NCBI GenBank assembly: GCA_043754515.1 | Contig: JAYUUO010000254.1 | Coordinates: forward strand, 1-25,727 | DNA: 25,727 bases | DNA from: Armatimonadota bacterium | GTDB lineage: Bacteria; Armatimonadota; Armatimonadia; Armatimonadales; Armatimonadaceae | Reading direction: 5' to 3' | Part shown: one piece after another, positions 15,789-25,245 of the stretch | Position numbering within the stretch: position 1 is the first letter of the stretch | Layout: each line of letters starts with the position of its first letter | Made by a program: the position numbers and the translations under genes | Notes under the pieces: model-generated | The model's input: the letters and a program-made list of their open reading frames with translations, nothing else | What the model was told of the DNA's origin: nothing | The model's database searches: none

Positions 15789-17582
15789 ATGCAGAACAAC
15801 GAAACCGCCGCGCCAGACGCGCCCCTCTGGGACCTCTCCGACCTGTTCGCGTCGCCCGACGATCCGCGCATCCGCGAAACGCTCGATCTAGCTCGCGCCA
15901 GTGCCGAGGCATTCGCGCGAAATTACCGTGACAGGATCGCGGAACTGACCCCCGCGCAACTCTGGGTAGCCCTCGCGGAGGAAGAGTGGATACGACAGGA
16001 GGCACAGAAGCCGGCGGTGTACGCCTCGCTCCGCTTTTCCGCCGACACGTCGCCACGTAACGGCGGTTTTTTGCAAGCGATGCGCGAGGCGCATACGGCC
16101 GCGACACTGCCGCTCCTATTTTGTGACCTGGAACTGACGCGCCTCCCTTCTGAGCGGCTTACCGAGCTCGCGGGCGACCCCGCACTCGCGAAGTACGCGC
16201 ACTACCTGCGGGCCGCGCGGGATCGGGCGCGTTTCCGCCTCTCCGAAGCGGCGGAAACGGTGTGGGAGGAGGCCCAGAACACAGGCCGTCGCGCATGGAC
16301 ACGGCTCTTCGAGGAGACGACATCAGGGTTGCGCTTCGAAGTGCCTGGCGAGCCGGTTGCCGTCACGCTCTCCGAAGTAATGAACCGGCAGATGTCCGGC
16401 GACCGGGAAGCGCGCCGCGAGTCCGCCGAAGCGATCACCACCGCGCTCGCGCCGCATCTGCGCGGTCTGACCTATATCTACAACACGATCATCGCCGACA
16501 AGGCCACCGAAGACCGACTGCGCGGCTACTCTTACCAGGAGGAAGCAAGGCATGTCGCGAACGAACTTACGCCGGACGTTGTCGAGAGCGTAGTCCGCGT
16601 CGCCGAATCGGGTTATCCGCTCGTCGCACGCTACTACCGCGCGAAACGGGAACTGCTCGGGCTACCCGAACTACACCATTATGATCGGTACGCCCCATTA
16701 ACCGTCGCGACACAACTCCCGATCCCCTACGACACCGCGCGCGACTCGTGCCTCGCGGCATTTGATCGGTTCGACGGCGAGTACACGGCGGCGGCACGCG
16801 CGTTCTTCACCGGGGGGTGGATAGATGCGGCGGCGCGGCCCGGCAAGCGGGGTGGTGCATACTGCGCGTATGTGACGGCGGATCTGCACCCGTACATCTT
16901 TATGAACTATTTGGGTAGGACGGGGGACGTGCGAACACTCGCGCACGAACTCGGGCATGGCGTGCATACGTCGCTCGCGCGACCGCGCGGCTATTTCTCG
17001 TTCCACGGCACGCTACCGATGGCGGAGGTCGCCTCTACGTTTGCCGAGCAACTGGTATTCGCCGAGATGGAGACTCGCGCCCAGGATGACACTACGCAAC
17101 TTGCCTTGTACGCCGAGCAGATCGAGCAGGCGATGAGCACGATCTTCCGGCAGACCGCGCTGTACCGGTTCGAGCAGTCCGCCCACCGTGAGCGGCGTGA
17201 AAATGGCGAAATTAGTACCGAGCGGTTCGGCGAATTATGGCAATCGGCAGTCGGGGCGATGTTCGGAGACTCGGTCGTGTTGCTACCGGGGCACGCGTCG
17301 TGGTGGTCATATATCCCGCACTTCATCGCGACGCCATTCTATGTGTACGCCTACACCTGGGGCGAGCTTATGGCACTCGCGCTGTATAAGAAGTGTATTG
17401 ACGAGGGCGCGGCGACGTTCGCGCCTGAGTTCACGCGATTCCTGAAGGCGGGTGGGTCGCTGACCCCGGATGAGTTGGTGAAGCCGCTTGGGGTTGATCT
17501 CGCGGATGGCGCGTTCTGGCAGGGTGCTCTTTCGGTGCTGGAAGCGCGGGTCACGGCGTTCGAGAACCTTGCGAAAAAATAG
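15789..17582 (+). CDS. pepF: M3B family oligoendopeptidase (PepF-like)
   Basis: WDLSDLF, GKRGGAYC, TLAHELGHGVH (HExxH), AEVASTFAE and WSYIPHF...FYVYAY. Start ATG 15789. Confidence 0.92.
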   Translation: MQNNETAAPDAPLWDLSDLFASPDDPRIRETLDLARASAEAFARNYRDRIAELTPAQLWVALAEEEWIRQEAQKPAVYASLRFSADTSPRNGGFLQAMREAHTAATLPLLFCDLELTRLPSERLTELAGDPALAKYAHYLRAARDRARFRLSEAAETVWEEAQNTGRRAWTRLFEETTSGLRFEVPGEPVAVTLSEVMNRQMSGDREARRESAEAITTALAPHLRGLTYIYNTIIADKATEDRLRGYSYQEEARHVANELTPDVVESVVRVAESGYPLVARYYRAKRELLGLPELHHYDRYAPLTVATQLPIPYDTARDSCLAAFDRFDGEYTAAARAFFTGGWIDAAARPGKRGGAYCAYVTADLHPYIFMNYLGRTGDVRTLAHELGHGVHTSLARPRGYFSFHGTLPMAEVASTFAEQLVFAEMETRAQDDTTQLALYAEQIEQAMSTIFRQTALYRFEQSAHRERRENGEISTERFGELWQSAVGAMFGDSVVLLPGHASWWSYIPHFIATPFYVYAYTWGELMALALYKKCIDEGAATFAPEFTRFLKAGGSLTPDELVKPLGVDLADGAFWQGALSVLEARVTAFENLAKK

Positions 17583-17660
17583 TTTTGTTTTTTATCGAAA
17601 ACTACAACGATCGGCATGAATATTGCAGTATAATAAAATGCACGAGAAACACCATGACTT

Positions 17661-17701
17661 GCCCGGCTTGTGAACCTAACGGTTCCGCCGGGCTTTTTTT
17701 T
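17661..17701 (+). terminator. Intrinsic terminator between convergent genes
   Basis: GCCCGGC..GAACC-taac-GGTTC.GCCGGGC followed by T8. Confidence 0.75.
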
Positions 17702-17725
17702 GTCTGTCATGCGCACGGATGACCA

Positions 17726-19105
17726 TCAGCGACTTCCAGACGCGACGGCGGCACGGACGGCTTGAAGCACCGCTGTTTGTGCCGTGCCCCGCTCCGCGGC
17801 TACCCATACCGCGCGGGCGATCCCGACGCCATAATAAGGCGCGACCCGCGCCTCATAGGTCCAGGCGATTTCCTGTATGCGCCCGAGAATCCGCTCATGC
17901 CGCGTCAACGCGTCCCCCGGCGTCGCCGCCTCGACCACGAACCGTAGCTCCAGCGCGGCACCGTGTGGCGTCGCATACCCCACCTGCGCCGACACATCGG
18001 CGGCTTCAGCGCGTAGATCATCCGTGAGAGCGGAGTACGCCGCCGCGAGCGACGACCAGGGTAACCAGAGCGAGACTATATCAGCGACGGTTCCGGGCCG
18101 AGCGTTCGCGGCGAACGCGTCCGTGCGGTATCGTTCTGACTCGTACCACGCGTCACCGTCAACTGAGGCCTCTAGCCCGCCGACCTGTTTGCACACCGCG
18201 AACACCGTCTGATACTGCCCCGTCTGCACTACCTCGCTTCCCTCGACCCCGAGAAGAAGCAAAGCACTCGTACCCGGCACTGCCCCCGAAAACCCTCCCG
18301 CCGCCGCACCCGCGTCGAAAAGGCGGACACACACCGGACGCGCGTCGCTACGGTAGATCAGGCGGAGTGCGTCGGCGGCGTCCGCGAACTGCGTGAACGA
18401 GAATGCGCACCACGCCCGTACTTCCGGCAGAGGGCGTATCGCGAGCGTCGCGGATGTCACGATCCCATACGCGCCCTCGCTCCCGATCAGCAGATGGTGC
18501 AACGCGCGGGTCGCCGCGCTGTCCGCGAACGTGCGAACGGGCGCGCCGCCGGTCAACACTGCCTCCAGTGCCAGCGTGTTCACCCGCGTCCCGCCATACC
18601 CCGCCGCGAAAAGCCCGAACGCCTCCGTCGCGACCGCCCCGCCGACAGTCGCGATCCGCGCGCTACGCGGGAGCGAGCCGAGCGTGTACTGGTGCCGGTT
18701 CAGCGTCTCTTCCAGACCGGCGAGCAAAACGCCCGCGCCCGCCGTGACGGTGAGCGCGGTCTCGTCCCACACCACGCCCGCGAGGCGAGATAGGTTGACG
18801 AGCACCGTGTTTGCGCCTCCCCGAGCCGCCGTACTACCGACCGTGTTCGACCCGCCGCCGACCGGGATCAGCGCGACGCCGTTCGCGCCCGCCCATTCGA
18901 CAAGCGCGCGAACCGAATCGGCGTCCACCGGGGAGACAACCGCCAGTGACGGCGGCGTTTCCCCGCCCGCCTGCCGCTCCTTGACCGCAGTCGGGTACCA
19001 GCCGGTGTAGGTGTCCGCGCCGGACGTGCCGGGAGTAGTGACGAAATCCGCGCCGAAGCGGGCGGTTAGTTCCGCGAGCAAGGAAGAAGTATCGGAAGAT
19101 GGCAT
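17726..19105 (-). CDS. FAD-binding oxidoreductase (VAO/PCMH fold; alkyl-DHAP synthase/GlcD-like), divergent C-terminus
   Basis: PVGGGSN, ATVGGAVAT, IGSEGAYGIVT and PVCVRLFD. Start ATG 19105 preceded by TGCTATACT-N6. Confidence 0.85.
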   Translation of the reverse strand: MPSSDTSSLLAELTARFGADFVTTPGTSGADTYTGWYPTAVKERQAGGETPPSLAVVSPVDADSVRALVEWAGANGVALIPVGGGSNTVGSTAARGGANTVLVNLSRLAGVVWDETALTVTAGAGVLLAGLEETLNRHQYTLGSLPRSARIATVGGAVATEAFGLFAAGYGGTRVNTLALEAVLTGGAPVRTFADSAATRALHHLLIGSEGAYGIVTSATLAIRPLPEVRAWCAFSFTQFADAADALRLIYRSDARPVCVRLFDAGAAAGGFSGAVPGTSALLLLGVEGSEVVQTGQYQTVFAVCKQVGGLEASVDGDAWYESERYRTDAFAANARPGTVADIVSLWLPWSSLAAAYSALTDDLRAEAADVSAQVGYATPHGAALELRFVVEAATPGDALTRHERILGRIQEIAWTYEARVAPYYGVGIARAVWVAAERGTAQTAVLQAVRAAVASGSR

Positions 19106-19111
19106 GTCGGA

Positions 19112-19120
19112 AGTATAGCA
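19112..19120 (-). promoter_or_regulatory. Extended -10 (TGcTATACT), leaderless promoter of the FAD oxidoreductase gene
   Basis: Minus strand TGC TATACT, 6 nt, then ATG at 19105. Confidence 0.65.
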
Positions 19121-19365
19121 CGCCCCCGAAGGTCGCCGTGATACTGGTCTCTTCGGTATTACAATGCAAGGTACGATGAATTGTAGGCTTCGACAGATGT
19201 CATCGAAGCCGATCACCTGCACGGGTAGGAGAAGATATACCTACTTGCTTTTTTGCGAGATTGACATCTTCTGGCGGTCGCAGTGCGCTTCGGTCTGGTT
19301 CCTTCCTACTAAACGCACGCGCGTGAAAGGATTACCCACTAACAATCCCGAAATAAGTGAGCGTA

Positions 19366-22158
19366 ATGGTCACGACGCTTTGGGATATACAGTTATTCGG
19401 CGGTTTACGCTTGCGATGCGGCGCACGCTCCGAAGCGCGATTCCGGACTCAGAAAACAGCGGCACTACTCGCCTACCTCGCTCTGTTCCCCCGGCGCACG
19501 CACCCACGCGAAGAGCTAGCGGTTCGCTTTTGGACTGAGGACGCCGACACCGAGGCGCGACGCTCCCTGCGCGTCGCGCTGAACTCTCTGCGCCGCCAAT
19601 TGGAAGTGCCCGACACCAGCGTCGGGGAACTGCTGGTCTCGGATCGCGCTACGATAGGACTGCGCCCCGAAGCGTTCGTGAGCGACGTCGGACGATTCGA
19701 GGAAGCACTCACGAAGGCGGCGCGGCTCGCTAGAACCGGCGGGAGCGACTCGGAGCGCATCACCTTATTGCTGGAAGCTGCCGCGTTATACACCGCGCCG
19801 CTACTACCCGGCTTCTACGACGACTGGTTGCTCGACGAGCGGGAGCGGCTACACTCTCGCTTCCTGGACGCGCTGGACGAGGCGGTAAAGCTCTCGCGCA
19901 AGCAAGGCCGCGCCGCAGAGGCGGACGTCCTCGCCCTGCGGCGCGCGCGGAGCGAATCGTCGGATCAGGTCGCCGGGACGGGCGTAGTGAAGGAGCAGGA
20001 TGCACTGGTCGCGCCCCCTATGCCCGGTATATCACCCGCCCCGGCACCGACAGGCGACACGTTGCCGCGCTTTTTCACCCGCTTCTGGGGGCGCGAGCGC
20101 GAACTGGCTTCCCTCACGGTGTGCCTTGATGACCCCGCCACGTCGGTCATCACATTACTGGGGCCGGGCGGGATTGGGAAGACGCGTCTATCTATTGAGG
20201 CGGCGCGGGCATGGGGCAAGCCTGTGGTCTGGGTGCCGCTCGCGTCCGTCACGCGCGGCGAGGAGATAGCGGATGCCCTACGGGACGCGCTACGACTTCC
20301 GGCTACCGCCGACGACTGGGAGGGCGTGACGGCGCACCTGCGGGAGCGGATCGCGGCCGGCACGCCGCCGCTTCTTCTATTCGACAACTTCGAGCAAATC
20401 GAGGAAGACAGTGGGGCGCGGTTCGTCGCGCGCCTATTGCGCTCCGTGCCGGGGATACGCTACATGGTATCGTCCCGTCGGCGGCTCGGCGTCCCCGGCG
20501 AGTCACTGTTCGCGGTGGAGGCGTTGCCCCTTCCGGACGAGGCGGAGACCGACGCCACGACACTACTAGGCAATCCGGCCGCCGCGATGTTCGCCGACCG
20601 CGCCCGCTCCGCCACGCCCGACTTCGCGATCACGGGTCGGAACGCCGCTTCGGTCGCCGCACTCTGCCGGTTATTGGACGGTCTCCCGCTCGCCATCGAA
20701 CTCGCCGCCGCCTGGGTATCGGTAATGACGCCGGGGCAAATGGCGGCCAAACTCGCCGGGCAGGGGGAACGCGACGGGTTGCTTACGTCGCGTAAAACAG
20801 GCGACCGCGTGGAGCGGCACCGCTCGCTCTGGAACACAATTTCATGGAGCTACAACCTGCTACCGAGTGACCTACGGCGGATGTGGCGGCGGCTGTCCGT
20901 TTTCCACGGCGGGTTCACTGGGGATATGGCGCGGGCCGTGGTAGGAGAGACATTCGCGCTCGAAGGGCTGGCAAGGCTTCGGGAGCGTTCGCTGGTGCGC
21001 CTGATGGATGAGGTCGCGGGGGACGACCCCGACGAGCCGCGCTACGATCTACTCGAGTCGCTCCGCGAGTTCGGGGGAGAGCGTGTCGCGTGCGAAGAAA
21101 CGAGAGAAGAGCAGTCAGCACTCGTGCATCGGCACGCCGACTCGCTCCGCGTCCTTGTAAGGTGGGGCCAATCGCTTGCCAGCGGCGACGCGGCTGTCGT
21201 CCGATACAAGCGGGATCTGCAAAATATCCGTAAGGCGTTGCGACACGCGGAGGAGGGTGTGCTCGCGCTTGAAATGGGCCTAGAAATCGCGGTAGGCGTG
21301 AGTTGGCTTTGGAAGACTGGCTACCTGCGCGAGGGGCACGGCTATTTCGCGGCACTACTACGGCGGGTGGAAGAAACGAGCGGCGAAATCCCGCGCCTAC
21401 TGAAAGCGCGGGCGTTGTTCGACATGAGCCGCCTGACGCGATTGCGCGGCGAGTTGCCCGCCGCCGAGGCCACCATAGAGGAGGCACTGTCGCTGTTCCG
21501 AATCGAGGGTCGGACGGGCGATGTCGCGCGCTGTCTCGCGTCGCTCGGCGACGTCGCGCAGGCGCGGGGCGACTTCGTGAGAGCTGGAACGTATCTAGAG
21601 GAGGCGCTCAACCTTTCGGAGCAGGCTGACGACGCGCCTACCACCGCGACCTGTCTACATAACTTGAGTAACCTTGCCTATCTGCAGGACGATTACGAGG
21701 CGATGCAAAGTTGGTGCGAGCGCGAACTGGTGGTGCGACTTACCATTAATGACGATGGCGGCATCGCGATGGCGACCAGCAACCTGGCGATCGCGGCGCG
21801 GGAGCGGAATGACCTGCCGCTGTCCGAGTCGTTCTCGCAACGGACGATGTGCCTGTTTCACAAGGCGGGCGACTTCTACAGTTTAAGCACGGCCATCATG
21901 CTCTACGCCGAACTGATGCTCGCGACCGGGGAGTGGCAACGCGCCGCCACGGTGTACGGGATCGCGACCGCGCGGTCGGAAGAACAAGGGAGCGGCTTCA
22001 CCGCAGGCACTCTGGAGTATATTCAGACGTGCCAGAAGCGCGGTCGCGACGCCATCGGCGACGCGGGATTTAACGTGGCGTTCCGGCGGGGAGAGGCGAT
22101 GCCACTCGCGAATGCGATGCGATTTCTAACGAGAGGCGACGCCACGGGGCACCCGTAG
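19366..22158 (+). CDS. AfsR/SARP-like transcriptional regulator: wHTH + BTAD + STAND (NB-ARC-like) ATPase + TPR repeats
   Basis: IQLFGGL...ALLAYLAL...REELA...SLRVAL (wHTH), SDVGRFE...LLPGFYDDW (BTAD), GPGGIGKT, LLLFDNFE, LDGLPLAIELAA, ISWSYNLL and C-terminal TPRs. ATG 19366 preferred, GTG 19357 alternative. Confidence 0.92.
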   Translation: MVTTLWDIQLFGGLRLRCGARSEARFRTQKTAALLAYLALFPRRTHPREELAVRFWTEDADTEARRSLRVALNSLRRQLEVPDTSVGELLVSDRATIGLRPEAFVSDVGRFEEALTKAARLARTGGSDSERITLLLEAAALYTAPLLPGFYDDWLLDERERLHSRFLDALDEAVKLSRKQGRAAEADVLALRRARSESSDQVAGTGVVKEQDALVAPPMPGISPAPAPTGDTLPRFFTRFWGRERELASLTVCLDDPATSVITLLGPGGIGKTRLSIEAARAWGKPVVWVPLASVTRGEEIADALRDALRLPATADDWEGVTAHLRERIAAGTPPLLLFDNFEQIEEDSGARFVARLLRSVPGIRYMVSSRRRLGVPGESLFAVEALPLPDEAETDATTLLGNPAAAMFADRARSATPDFAITGRNAASVAALCRLLDGLPLAIELAAAWVSVMTPGQMAAKLAGQGERDGLLTSRKTGDRVERHRSLWNTISWSYNLLPSDLRRMWRRLSVFHGGFTGDMARAVVGETFALEGLARLRERSLVRLMDEVAGDDPDEPRYDLLESLREFGGERVACEETREEQSALVHRHADSLRVLVRWGQSLASGDAAVVRYKRDLQNIRKALRHAEEGVLALEMGLEIAVGVSWLWKTGYLREGHGYFAALLRRVEETSGEIPRLLKARALFDMSRLTRLRGELPAAEATIEEALSLFRIEGRTGDVARCLASLGDVAQARGDFVRAGTYLEEALNLSEQADDAPTTATCLHNLSNLAYLQDDYEAMQSWCERELVVRLTINDDGGIAMATSNLAIAARERNDLPLSESFSQRTMCLFHKAGDFYSLSTAIMLYAELMLATGEWQRAATVYGIATARSEEQGSGFTAGTLEYIQTCQKRGRDAIGDAGFNVAFRRGEAMPLANAMRFLTRGDATGHP

Positions 22159-22172
22159 CCGCGCTTCATGGG

Positions 22173-22178
22173 TATACT
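22173..22178 (+). promoter_or_regulatory. -10 box TATACT, leaderless promoter of the SDR gene
   Basis: TATACT, 6 nt, then ATG at 22185. Confidence 0.6.
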
Positions 22179-22184
22179 GCCCTC

Positions 22185-23108
22185 ATGTCCGCCTACCCCT
22201 ACCCCGAATCTACCGCGCTAGTCACCGGCGCGTCGCGCGGCATCGGTGCCGCCATCGCCCGTACGCTCGCCAGACGCGGCGTCCGCATGCTGGTACTGAC
22301 CGCCCGCGCCGAACGCGACCTCGCGTCGCTCGCCGCCGAACTCACCACGGAATACGGCGCGACCGTACATACCGTGGTCGCCGACCTGACGGACCGTGAG
22401 GCACCATCCCGGATCCAGGCGGAGACGGATCGGATCGGCCTGACGGTGGACCTGCTGATCAACAATGCCGGATTCGGCACCCACGGGACGTTCGATACCA
22501 CTGACCCCGCCGCAAGCCGCGATATGGTCGGGGTGAACGTACAAAGCCTCGTGGAGCTTTCGCACCGCTATTTGTCCGGCATGGAACAGCGGAACCGGGG
22601 CGGAATCGTCAATATAGCGTCAACGGCGTCGTTTCAGCCAGTGCCGTTCATGGCGGTTTACGGCGCGACCAAGGCGTTCGTTCTATCGTTCACGGAGGCA
22701 CTTGCGGTCGAGGTCACGGAGAAGGGGCTAAACGGCGTACGGATCGTTGCGCTCTGTCCGGGCGGCACATCAACGAATTTCGGCGACGGAATGCTACGCG
22801 GGCAGTTCGAGAGCGTACGCCAGCACACGCCCGAGCAGGTCGCGGAAGCCACGCTGGACGCGCTGGATCGGAACGCGCCGGTGGCGGTGGTGGGCGCGGC
22901 GAACTACGCGATGACGCTCGGCGCGCGGTTCGCGCCGCGCCGGGTGGTCGCCGAGATCGCCGGGAGCATGTTCCGCCCCGCCGACCTGCCGAAGCGGAAG
23001 TCGGACATGACCCGTGACCGTCAGGGCGTGGCGGCGGTCACGCTCGGCGTCGCGGCGGTGGCAATGGCCGCGTTGTTTCTGGCGCGGCGGAACGCGCGAG
23101 TAAAATGA
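22185..23108 (+). CDS. Short-chain dehydrogenase/reductase (classical SDR) with C-terminal membrane anchor
   Basis: TGASRGIG, LINNAGFG, NIAS and YGATK. Hydrophobic tail followed by RRNARVK. Confidence 0.93.
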   Translation: MSAYPYPESTALVTGASRGIGAAIARTLARRGVRMLVLTARAERDLASLAAELTTEYGATVHTVVADLTDREAPSRIQAETDRIGLTVDLLINNAGFGTHGTFDTTDPAASRDMVGVNVQSLVELSHRYLSGMEQRNRGGIVNIASTASFQPVPFMAVYGATKAFVLSFTEALAVEVTEKGLNGVRIVALCPGGTSTNFGDGMLRGQFESVRQHTPEQVAEATLDALDRNAPVAVVGAANYAMTLGARFAPRRVVAEIAGSMFRPADLPKRKSDMTRDRQGVAAVTLGVAAVAMAALFLARRNARVK

Positions 23109-23179
23109 TGGGCCATGACCCAGACCCGGCCCGACGTCCTACCAGGGTTCCGTATTCGCTAGATCTGATAGGGTGCCGA

Positions 23180-23934
23180 GTGCGCAATAGGCTTACCTGT
23201 CGCGGCTTCATGATGGTCGAACTGCTCGCCGTCATCGGCATCATAGCAGTAGTGACTGGCATCCTACTCAGCACCGTCTTTCAGACACGAGGCAGGGCAC
23301 GGGGAGTCACCTGCATCTCAAATCTTCGCCAGATACAACTTGCAATAGCCGCGTACTCCTCTGACAATGATGGTCACTTCCCTCCCATATCCAGGGTAGT
23401 ATAGCACTCCCCAAACCACCGGAGATACGCTATACATGAGGGGCGATTATAGGAGTTGCTACCCCCTCCCTGACCTTATCCTGCCCGGATAAGCAGATGG
23501 ACGAGCGGTTCGAGAAGCAACCACAGGCGTGGCAACTCAACGGCTACGCAACTGACAAAGGCTTACAGCAAACCCCGCCCGATGGCAAGGGCTGGTACGT
23601 ATGGGAGGGGATAAGCGAAACATTGGTCAAATACCCAGCGACAACGGTGGCGATATTCGACGCTATGCCAGATACTATTGCCTCTTTTTGCCCCGACCTC
23701 TGGCCATGGGAAGACATCGGCGAATGGAAAGGATGGGACCCTCTATCCTGTAATTATACATCAGCCATAGTCACTGCTGATTCCAACATTATAAAAGGTG
23801 ATCAGTTAGGGGGAGCGAAGCGGCACAACGGGGGCGCGAACTATTTATTTGTGGACGGTCACGTGAAGTGGTACAAGCCGGAGCAGATTTCGGCGAACGC
23901 GAACACCGGGAATCGCCCCGCGTTTCGCCTATAG
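23180..23934 (+). pseudogene. Prepilin-type N-terminal cleavage/methylation + H-X9-DG (DUF1559-like) protein, disrupted
   Basis: RGFMMVELLAVIGIIA...CISNLRQIQLAI..Y..DND..FP, then a frameshift near 23380-23401 and an in-frame TGA at 23437 (YT*GAII, W expected), then LSCPD...LNGY...RHNGGANYLFVDGHVKW. Confidence 0.85.
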
Positions 23935-23957
23935 ATTGCTCGACGCAAGACGGAACC

Positions 23958-24002
23958 GGGGCGATATGTAGTGCCAACTAGGGCACTACAGCCGCCCGCC
24001 CC
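23958..24002. repeat. REP-like palindrome
   Basis: TGTAGTGCC-aactag-GGCACTACA (9 bp arms containing GTAG), flanked by GGGGCG/CGCCCC. Confidence 0.45.
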
Positions 24003-24317
24003 CGTAATTGTCAGTCTGTCGCGCGGCAAGTACGACTTCGCGCTGGTATGGGTCCTAGCTAGTCGCGCCGGTCGTACTTGCTGGTGCCGTTGCGCGGGCA
24101 ACCATCAAGCGAAGGGCGGCCGCCTCGACCGTCTGTTGACGCCACGTATCCGCCTACTTCTTTTCGCTCGACCGCCGATGGCAGGCGCGGATGATGTCCT
24201 CTCAGTGAACCGATTTTTTCGACCTGTCACTCCCCGAACCAGCGGCACTATATCTATCCTACGTTGACCGTCTGATGGCTACCCGGCGTGTCGCCGACGG
24301 TGTTGTCGCGCGGCGCG

Positions 24318-25085
24318 TCAACGCGTAGCGATGTTCTTGTAGCCTGAACCCAGACTCGCGTCGCCGTCCACCTGACGACTGTTAGAAACATTCTTGCGCC
24401 CGCTCAGTAGCGATGCGAGCACAACTCCCGCGCCGACCGCAAGCGCGCCCACCGCCATCAGGTGCAACGCGGCTTGTGTATACAGGCTGACCTCGGTCAC
24501 GAGTCCGGAGAAGCTACCCCGCTCCGCCAGGTGCTCGGTCGGGGCGTCCAGCGAGTTTTTGCGGTGCGCGGGCTTGTCGCTGTAGCTGCCCCGAATGAAC
24601 ACCCCCTCGCCCAGTTTGTCCGCGAGTCCGGGCGCGTTATTGCCGATAGCCGCGTTGCCCGCCGCCCCGCTCCCGGCATACGTATCGAGGGTCGGGTGTT
24701 GCGCGCTGTGTAGGATCGCCTCGGCGACGTTACGCGGGGCGTAAACTGGCGGTACGTGCTTCGGCTCGGTCTCCAGGTAGTTCTTCGCGTTGATCGGGAA
24801 CGGCGTGTCAATCGGGCCGGTGTCGAACCCACCGAAGGTGCTGATCGTGGTGTCGGCGATGTGCTGTATTTCGGCCTCCTTCGTGACGTCCACGACCACG
24901 TATATCGCGTCGCCACCCGCCGCTTTTGTCTCGCTGACTAGCTCATGGAGCGCGTTCTCGCTCCGCGCGGCGAGGACCAGTTTCGCCCCCTGAGCCGCCA
25001 CCATCCGCGCTGTCGTCGGACCGATGCCCGACGACGCGCCAGTGATAATCATCACCTATTCGTTCAGTTTCTTGAGTTGCCTATG
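24318..25085 (-). pseudogene. SDR oxidoreductase pseudogene lacking the catalytic core
   Basis: QLKKLNE*VMIITGASSGIG (TAG at 25058-25056, Q expected). No intact start codon. FGGFDT is joined directly to GPIDTP at ~24818, so NNAG and YxxxK are missing. Confidence 0.85.
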
Positions 25086-25245
25086 TTCCCTCTGCTGTGG
25101 AAGCGGGTCGCTCCACAGCTTGCTTTTTGCAGACTCAGTACCCGGCTTGAAGGGAATAGGAAACGGAGTGTACTGGAGTCTTCGGCATGATCTTAACGGC
25201 GCAACTCGGAGTCACTGAACTGATAGGGCGGGTATGTCTTCGCGA

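Noticed and set aside
19366..22158. STAND ATPase-TPR protein as an Avs-type antiphage system, possibly linked with the HEPN gene
   Set aside because: The N-terminus is a wHTH-BTAD transcription activator module, not a nuclease or other effector. The HEPN gene is 10 kb away in another operon.
23971..24267. 98 aa ORF in the gap between pseudogenes
   Set aside because: Arg/Pro-rich with no motif. It starts inside a palindrome, so it is likely spurious.
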